Of a DNA stretch of 64,000 bases, positions 57,780 to 64,000 are shown piece by piece. Both the position numbers and the translations under genes were made by a program. The notes below the pieces were generated by a model that saw only the letters and a program-made list of their open reading frames with translations, made no database searches and had not been told where the DNA came from. The number at the start of each line of letters is the position of its first letter. Position 1 is the stretch's first letter. The stretch spans positions 221,592-285,591 of the forward strand of contig LFCO01000001.1 in assembly GCA_001189165.1 (NCBI GenBank). The letters are read 5' to 3'. Source of the DNA: Parcubacteria bacterium C7867-005. Its GTDB lineage: Bacteria > Patescibacteriota > Minisyncoccia > Phycocordibacterales > Zambryskibacteraceae.

Positions 57780-58633
57780 GATCTTTTTATCCAACCAAAA
57801 GCGACGATTACTATAAGTATTATACCGAATAAGAAGTAATGCTCATACCACCTTTTATAATTATCGGGTACAACCACAGCCACCCTGGTATTACCCCTTA
57901 GGTCCACGGCTCTGACAAATATCTTCTTGTTTAAGGATTGATTAGACAGAAGATGGGGACTCTCAGCAGTAAGATATCTACCCAGATATCCTTCTTTTAC
58001 CTCATACTTGTCTATGCCGGATATTTTGTCTTGAGTACTGAACACAATAAAATATTTATTATCAAAGATATCTACATTCTGGCCAATCATAGGTTCGAAA
58101 TCTTCTGGTGGAAAAGAATCTTCTAATTTTGAAAAAGTAACAGAGCTCTGCTCATCAGAGACGTCTAATACAAATGGATAGACTTCTGTAGATGTTCGGC
58201 TACCAGAACCGTCATTTTTGAGAAATACACCGTCCAACACAGAGATGGAGGCTTGGCCGCTGTTTAGTACTTTAAATACCAATGAAAACAGTTTTTTATT
58301 TCTACCCACAAAACCCCCCGGAGTAATCCCTGAAAATTCTACACCACCAAGAGAGGATTTTACTGGCTTCTTTATCCAAAAATTTATAACCGACCCTCCG
58401 TCCCTTATACCCTCAAGCTCTAAGATATTCCCTGGGAAAATTATTTTCCCTTCTACTGCATTAATAGACTCGTTCTTTGTATCAACAAAAACATCCAACA
58501 AGAAAGTCCCACCTTGATCGAAAACTTTTTCTGATGTGTCAAAGTAGACACTTGCTGCTGATAAAATCCCAGGATAAAAACCTAAAGTAAAAAAGAAGAT
58601 TATAAATATTCTATATGAGAAAATTGTTTTCAT
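57758..58633 (-). CDS. Secreted cohesin-like domain protein with C-terminal TM
   Basis: INAVEGKIIFP..L....DGGSVINFWIKKP..FSGITPGGF.G..LFSLVF..NDGSG; DSFPPEDFEP; C-terminal TM. Confidence 0.75.
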   Translation of the reverse strand: MKTIFSYRIFIIFFFTLGFYPGILSAASVYFDTSEKVFDQGGTFLLDVFVDTKNESINAVEGKIIFPGNILELEGIRDGGSVINFWIKKPVKSSLGGVEFSGITPGGFVGRNKKLFSLVFKVLNSGQASISVLDGVFLKNDGSGSRTSTEVYPFVLDVSDEQSSVTFSKLEDSFPPEDFEPMIGQNVDIFDNKYFIVFSTQDKISGIDKYEVKEGYLGRYLTAESPHLLSNQSLNKKIFVRAVDLRGNTRVAVVVPDNYKRWYEHYFLFGIILIVIVAFGWIKRSWLRSVQ

Positions 58634-58634
58634 A

Positions 58635-59948
58635 TTAGCCTGTCCAGTGATAAGCCATGATACTGAAGTCTACTAGATCTATCTTATTGTCGCCATTTAA
58701 CTTGCTTGCTTCGATAATTTTAAAAGTGTCGCTGAGTGTGCGTCTATACCAAAAAGCAGCGATAGAAAAATCAACCAGGTTAATCCTGCAATCCGCATTC
58801 AGATCAGCCTTGACCGGACAATTTTCTGGACCATATGCTACATTTTTTGTGCCCACGATAAACCCTGCGGTGCTACTAAAAGAACTCACTTCACCAGAAA
58901 CAGAAGCCTTTGACTTGGCCGTATGCTTGCCTAATTCAAGAAGAGCACTATCAAAAGTCAGAAGATAGACACCGTCTCCATCTGACTGTTTTTTTACAAA
59001 GTACTCTGGTTCAGAATTTATGTTTATCATAATCTCTGATTCTGGAGAGCTCTGCCCGAATATGTTGATCGTATCTCCTCTTTTCACTTCACTCTTGTCT
59101 ACTGCGATGGTCGGGGCGATGAAAATACCACTTATCTCTGTTGTCACACCAGAAGTTATAAAAACTGGAAATGTAAATAAACTGGATCTAATTTTGTTTA
59201 TATCTTCGCTATATAGAGAGAAAGAATAATCAGCCTCATCAAGGCCCATAACACTCGCCTTAAATTTACTGTCGGGACCAGCAATCGTCGAAAGTGCCAG
59301 CTGTCCGTCTTTTAAGATACTAACTCTACTCAAGGGATATGCTCGACCTGAAAATGTAACCCCTGTATCAGAACTGCCACCACCCCCTCCCCCCCCGCCG
59401 CCTCCACCTCCGCTTGGTGGCGGTGTAGAAGCAACTGGAGTACTTGATACTTGTGTAGAAGTGGCTATGAAGTTACCCAAACCGTCAATCACTCTTATGA
59501 CGAAGTAATAAGTCGTATTGTTAGTAAGACTGGTCACAGTATTTGAGAGAACATTACCGACGTTAGTGTACGTATACGGGCCTCCAGAAATAGTTGATCT
59601 CCCCACGGTATAACCAGAGACGGCCCATCCTAGACCGGCATCTGCACTGGTCCAGGTCAAGGAGACTTGGCCGTCTCCTGGTGTTGTAGATACTGTCGGA
59701 GTTGTGACATAAGGAAAATACAAAAATCCGCCGAAGAGGTTTTGGCTAGCCGCAGTCGAAGTGCCTATGGCTATCTGAGACATCACTCCTGACAGTGAAA
59801 AGCTCGGAGACGTTGAGTACCCGCCAGGAAACATCACTGGATTCGTGACGGTAAAGCTCGGTGAAGAAAAATCTTGTGCCAGGGCAACAGAGGAAAAAAC
59901 AAAAACCACAAAAAACAAAAAGAAAATTTTCTTTGAGGTACTAAACAT
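58635..59948 (-). CDS. Secreted FN3 / Ig-like protein with C-terminal dockerin-like duplicated Ca-binding motif
   Basis: FN3 (GDGQVSLTW..GYTV..LTNNTTYYFVIRV), Gly12 linker, tandem ADLNADCRINLVDFSI / KLNGDNKIDLVDFSIM. Confidence 0.78.
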   Translation of the reverse strand: MFSTSKKIFFLFFVVFVFSSVALAQDFSSPSFTVTNPVMFPGGYSTSPSFSLSGVMSQIAIGTSTAASQNLFGGFLYFPYVTTPTVSTTPGDGQVSLTWTSADAGLGWAVSGYTVGRSTISGGPYTYTNVGNVLSNTVTSLTNNTTYYFVIRVIDGLGNFIATSTQVSSTPVASTPPPSGGGGGGGGGGGGSSDTGVTFSGRAYPLSRVSILKDGQLALSTIAGPDSKFKASVMGLDEADYSFSLYSEDINKIRSSLFTFPVFITSGVTTEISGIFIAPTIAVDKSEVKRGDTINIFGQSSPESEIMININSEPEYFVKKQSDGDGVYLLTFDSALLELGKHTAKSKASVSGEVSSFSSTAGFIVGTKNVAYGPENCPVKADLNADCRINLVDFSIAAFWYRRTLSDTFKIIEASKLNGDNKIDLVDFSIMAYHWTG

Positions 59949-59989
59949 ATTAAAAGTATACCAAAGAAAATACCTCTAAATAAGTATTT

Positions 59990-60391
59990 TTATTCTTGGC
60001 TTTGGAGCGCACTCATGTTCAGCGAAGAGATCTCTATGATTTTTTTGATCGAAGGTCTCCACAATATAGCTTTCTTTGAATTTTCATAGATTAGAACTTT
60101 ATCTCCTATCTCTGAGTTAGCAAAGAATGCTTGGTTTTTTAATTTCTCTGGTTCAGAAACCGTAGCTAAGGACGGTATCTCATCCTTGGGTAATACAACC
60201 AACTTACCTACATCAGCGACTATTTTTTTGATCTCTATCTCTGTTGCCTTGGCTGGATTAGCTAGATACCTGACTCGAGAATACAAATACCCTGAAAGAG
60301 AGACGAAAATGATGGAGGTCAATAATAATACATTTATTAGTATCCTTGCCTTCCGTGGTAGCTGTTTGAATCTGTCCATGATGTTTTTCAT
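59990..60391 (-). CDS. Small single-pass membrane protein
   Basis: 133 aa; TM near N-terminus; VGKLVVLP.DE.P.LATV..FF.N..GDKVLIY..KAIL.RP extracellular domain. Confidence 0.8.
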   Translation of the reverse strand: MKNIMDRFKQLPRKARILINVLLLTSIIFVSLSGYLYSRVRYLANPAKATEIEIKKIVADVGKLVVLPKDEIPSLATVSEPEKLKNQAFFANSEIGDKVLIYENSKKAILWRPSIKKIIEISSLNMSALQSQE

Positions 60392-60399
60392 ATGACAAA

Positions 60400-63300
60400 T
60401 TATAGCTGTTCTGGTTCAGGTTGTGAAGCTTCTTGCGTAGGTTCCGCCTGTTGTGGTTCAAGAGCTGTTTCCGATTGTTGCGAGACTTCTACTACCTCTG
60501 TTTCTGGTAGGACTGGAACATCAATGGGTGTTTCTGTTGGGGTCTCTTCAACAGAAAGTTCTGGTTCAGCATCCTCTATTGTAGATTCTTCTACTACTTC
60601 TGTAGTTGTAGCTGTGGTTTCTGTAGCTGTTGTGGTAGCGGCATCTTCTGTGGTTACTGTTGTGGGCAGCACTTCTGGGGCAATCTCTGTCGGAGGAACA
60701 ACCGCCGTCTCTTCATCTATAGAGCTAAACAAGACGGCACCTTTGGTGGACAGTGCGATCCAACTGAAGCTTACATCTTCGGATATTGGTTTGTTGAGAA
60801 GGATAGTGAATCCGTGTACTCCCTTTCTGGTGACGATAAACCTGATGTCTTTTTCAAACACCATCTCCTCTACCGTGTTTGTAGAAGAAGAATTCTCGAG
60901 GGCGATAGTGGCACTCACTATTGGTGTCTCTATGTACTCCTTCTCAAACACGATGTCTACTGACCTACTGCCTGCTCTGACCACTGCGCTACCAGCCGTA
61001 TCTTTGGTGAAGTATGGTCGACCGAAGAACGTAGTATCACCGATGATGTTTATATTTATATCCTCACTGCCTATACTATCTACAACCAAACCTCCAGAGA
61101 AGACGGCGTGGCCCTCGATGACCAGACCACCCAAGGTTCGCAGGATACCAGACAAGAAAGCGTTGCCTGTATTGTCGAACGAGACTGCCACCGTACTCGT
61201 CGCTGTGCTGGTGGACAAATCACTGCCAATTATTGAATTGATCAGGATAGAGTCAGTAACTACTTCTCTTGTGACCAACTTCTCTGTATTCATGATCAGG
61301 CCAGAAATGCTGTCTGCCTTTATATTTCTACTAAATATACTTGGAGAGATAATCTCTGTGACCGCGGTCAGCCGATCTGCGAAGACTTCTGACTTGTATG
61401 AAGAGATGTTCGATCTCTCTGCCCTTAACCTGTCGAGGAATCCAAGGACTCTGTCTTGGCTCGATCCTCCAGAAGTAGTTTGGCTATCGACACTCAAACC
61501 ACTCTCATCTACAAGACCGTTTTTGTATGTGACTATCACATCATCTATGGGTTCACCGAGGTAGTCCGCCAGGTTCACAAACACCATGATCTTGCCACAC
61601 TTTCTACCGGGGATCTGTGTATCACTTGGAGGACAGTCAGTGAGAGTTGCCTCGCTCATGGATTCAAGCGCATGGCCGATGATATGCCCAGCGAGGGTCG
61701 CTTTCATCGCATACCCAGAGACACTGGCTGGGGTTATCCTGTCTCCAGATTTGATCATCCCGTTCTCTGTAGAAACCTTGACCGGCACACGACCGACGAG
61801 TGCAACAGGGTAAGAATTCTCTGTGTATGCACCAGCCACAAAGCCAGGATCAGTAGAGACAACGCCGAGCGCATCATGTTGATACTGATAAGTAGTCTTC
61901 TTTACTCCATGATTATTCTGTGGGTCTATGGACACAACATCCCCAAAGTCCAACTCCTCTTGTGAGGTGTACCTCTCGGCTAGGTCGGCGCCTGAAGTGT
62001 TGATTGTACCTCCGACCTGAGTATAGACATCTCCAGATGAGCTAACTCTGAAGAGCGACAAGCCGTCTGCTTGGAGGTTAATCAAATCTTTGTCCTTGGT
62101 CACCTTGAATTCCGTGAGGATGGGGGTCTTCGGTGGTCTATATGCGAATATCTTTCCAGATGAACCAACGGAGTCTGGGTTGTAAAAGTTTGAATAAGTG
62201 TTGAATATTCTACGGAAACTAAAGTCTATCTGGAGCCATACATCTGTAGCAGATGGGTTTATCAGTCCACCAGATGAAGCGATCTCCCTCGGTGTAGTCG
62301 TCCCTAGAGCGGCTTGGGTTGGAGCTGTCCTCACCTGTGCGGTGATGCCCGAACCTGTGTTTGCTTTCCAAACCAAAGTCGAATTCGAATCGAGTTTAGT
62401 GCCCACAGGAGAGAGGTTGAACTGTTCTGTCTTATAAGTACCGTTGGCCGCCCAGCCAGCATCAAGTACCTGCACAACAGTACCAGTCGTTGTTGTTGCC
62501 GCACCAGTGACCACGACGAACTTACCATCGTCTCTCTGGAAAGCGAGACCTCCGGAGTTCACCGCCGTGAGGAATGTTGGGCCCGTAGAAATCCATCTAC
62601 CAATACCTGCTAGTCCGTTTGCGGTAAAGGCTCCTGTTTCTTCATCGTAGAAATATGTGGCTGTAGAACCTGCCCCTGGAGAAATCAACCACATGCCATT
62701 TGGGGTAGGCACTGCAAATGCCCCGAGTCCAATACCGGTGGGAGCATTAGTTCCTGCCACCAAATTTTTACCAATTGGGTTATAAATAGACGTTACTACA
62801 CCAACAGCGCAAGTTCCTGCTGTGGTTGCGCCATTCAATATCACCCACTGACCATCTTTTCTTTGAAAGGCAAGGGCTCCTGGTCCATTACCAGTTGCTG
62901 GAGCTAGGCCGGTGTTTGCTGAGAAGGTCATAGTGTATGGGTTAAACAAGTTGGTGACAGTTTGTGTGGTGCATTGTATCCCTGTATTACCCGCAATGAT
63001 CAGGAAAGTGCCGTCTGCATTAGGGATGGCCAGTGCCCCTTCTCCGATTGTCGCTTGAGCAGATGGGCCAACGGTCATGGTGTTTTGGAGTGGGTCGTAG
63101 ATGGACGTGGTGGTCGCATAATCCCCGTGGATGATAAGAGAACGACCGTTTGGAAGGGGGATGGTCAATGCTCCCTTACCAGAAGGCGAGGTCAGATCAG
63201 GACCAAGGGAAAAGGTGTCAGCCACCGGATCAAAGATGTTCGTGGTTCGGACAGTCGAAGTAGATCTGCTCAATGAGTTGCCCATCACTATGAGGAATTT

Positions 63301-64000
63301 ACCATCCGGTCTCTTGATAGTGAGGGATCCGTTACCTATCACTGTTGTAGGGGTTGTGCCCAGTGCTGTGAATGTCTGTAGGGTTGGATCATACAACTGA
63401 GCGTTCGGTGTGGCGTTGCCCGCGATCAGGACGAACTTGCCATCTGGCCTCTTCATCACCAGGGTGGTAGAACCTGTGCCCGTTGCGAGTACCGAATGAG
63501 AACCAATACCTCCATTATATGTTCCTGGAGCGGCGTTAGCTGCTGTGACGTTCGCGTTCAAAGTCGCACCGAGGCCGTCTCTGATCAAAGATAATCCTAT
63601 ACCCTTCTCAAGATTGTTCGTCATATTCAAAGTAATAGGACCAGACTGGGGAGCTGTAGTAGATGCTGTGGCCATACCAAACGTGAACTGGTCTCTCTTG
63701 AGTGCCGTGCCGTTATCTATGGTGAAGTCATAAAGTGCTGGGTCTTTGTCTATCATCGGATAGTTAGGGGTGCCCGACTTTCTAATGCCCCATTCTTGTT
63801 GAATAGCTTTTGGTAAATCTTTTTTAAAGAATACTTTCACCTGGACCTGATTATCAGCTGTTGTCGTCGCACCAACTAAACCGCCACTCGTAGGGATATC
63901 TCTATATGTTGCAGAAGAACATGGGGCAGGACTTGTAGATGTTCTGATCTGGAAGCTCATAACACCTTCTTGGTTTGTGTTCCAGTTTAGAGTCGAATCA
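60400..64000 (-). CDS. Giant surface protein (5' end outside window): Kelch-like beta-propeller, peptidase-G2/IMC-like autocleavage domain, acidic T/E/P tail
   Basis: Frame stays open past 63960 to the window edge (DSTLNWNTNQEGV-M). Seven DG.F/W.I..G...I/LYDP repeats; GADLAERY..GDVVSID..GVVSTDPG..PVALVGRVPVKV..G.IIG.ALE. Confidence 0.85.
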   Translation of the reverse strand, partial: DSTLNWNTNQEGVMSFQIRTSTSPAPCSSATYRDIPTSGGLVGATTTADNQVQVKVFFKKDLPKAIQQEWGIRKSGTPNYPMIDKDPALYDFTIDNGTALKRDQFTFGMATASTTAPQSGPITLNMTNNLEKGIGLSLIRDGLGATLNANVTAANAAPGTYNGGIGSHSVLATGTGSTTLVMKRPDGKFVLIAGNATPNAQLYDPTLQTFTALGTTPTTVIGNGSLTIKRPDGKFLIVMGNSLSRSTSTVRTTNIFDPVADTFSLGPDLTSPSGKGALTIPLPNGRSLIIHGDYATTTSIYDPLQNTMTVGPSAQATIGEGALAIPNADGTFLIIAGNTGIQCTTQTVTNLFNPYTMTFSANTGLAPATGNGPGALAFQRKDGQWVILNGATTAGTCAVGVVTSIYNPIGKNLVAGTNAPTGIGLGAFAVPTPNGMWLISPGAGSTATYFYDEETGAFTANGLAGIGRWISTGPTFLTAVNSGGLAFQRDDGKFVVVTGAATTTTGTVVQVLDAGWAANGTYKTEQFNLSPVGTKLDSNSTLVWKANTGSGITAQVRTAPTQAALGTTTPREIASSGGLINPSATDVWLQIDFSFRRIFNTYSNFYNPDSVGSSGKIFAYRPPKTPILTEFKVTKDKDLINLQADGLSLFRVSSSGDVYTQVGGTINTSGADLAERYTSQEELDFGDVVSIDPQNNHGVKKTTYQYQHDALGVVSTDPGFVAGAYTENSYPVALVGRVPVKVSTENGMIKSGDRITPASVSGYAMKATLAGHIIGHALESMSEATLTDCPPSDTQIPGRKCGKIMVFVNLADYLGEPIDDVIVTYKNGLVDESGLSVDSQTTSGGSSQDRVLGFLDRLRAERSNISSYKSEVFADRLTAVTEIISPSIFSRNIKADSISGLIMNTEKLVTREVVTDSILINSIIGSDLSTSTATSTVAVSFDNTGNAFLSGILRTLGGLVIEGHAVFSGGLVVDSIGSEDININIIGDTTFFGRPYFTKDTAGSAVVRAGSRSVDIVFEKEYIETPIVSATIALENSSSTNTVEEMVFEKDIRFIVTRKGVHGFTILLNKPISEDVSFSWIALSTKGAVLFSSIDEETAVVPPTEIAPEVLPTTVTTEDAATTTATETTATTTEVVEESTIEDAEPELSVEETPTETPIDVPVLPETEVVEVSQQSETALEPQQAEPTQEASQPEPEQL

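Noticed and set aside
59377-59412. Poly-Gly tract as a phase-variable repeat
   Set aside because: Encoded by mixed GGN codons and in frame; it reads as a flexible linker.
60392-61564. 390-aa plus-strand ORF rich in Ser/Val/Thr/Cys
   Set aside because: Antisense shadow of the low-complexity C-terminus of the giant surface protein; no independent motifs.
1-64000. Alternative genetic code (UGA=Gly) as in some CPR lineages; inteins or introns in dnaE, gyrB, nrdJ, rpoBC
   Set aside because: Long conserved genes translate uninterrupted in code 11, TGA serves as a stop, and protein lengths leave no room for inteins.

Overview
A 64-kb chromosomal segment of a small-genome bacterium. Gene content and architecture point to Patescibacteria/CPR, Parcubacteria-like; this is inference from a short SMC, an editing-less ThrRS, a monomeric PheRS, a NusB-Nudix fusion, a split transketolase, a type IV pilin and cohesin-rich surface proteins. 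Standard code 11 is used and most genes lie on the minus strand. It is mainly housekeeping: a UvrD-nuclease fusion (partial), a tightly packed rpoB-rpoC-dnaG-rpoD-CYTH run, rpsP-khpA-trmD, rnr, rpmF-nusB-rnc-smc, rnhB, dnaE, thrS, gyrB, pheS, tRNA-Thr(UGU), rpmE-prfA, rpsB-tsf, rplY, a glycolysis/pentose-phosphate cluster, a class II RNR and msrB. At the right end is a surface-protein operon (giant Kelch/IMC protein, FN3-dockerin-like protein, three cohesin-like proteins). Best leads: (1) rpmE ends in UAG, the RF1-specific stop, in frame with prfA across a stop-free 81-nt spacer, and that stop lies in a perfect 16-bp stem that also masks the prfA start region, a candidate RF1 autoregulatory switch. 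(2) Five GC-rich orphan genes each carry their own promoter, Shine-Dalgarno and terminator-like hairpin among largely leaderless, AT-rich host genes; one is bracketed by twin 29/33-bp palindromes and a 20-bp direct repeat. (3) A non-cellulosomal cohesin-dockerin surface assembly. No CRISPR array, rRNA, integrase or transposase was seen. All family calls come from motif recognition by eye; no database searches were run.
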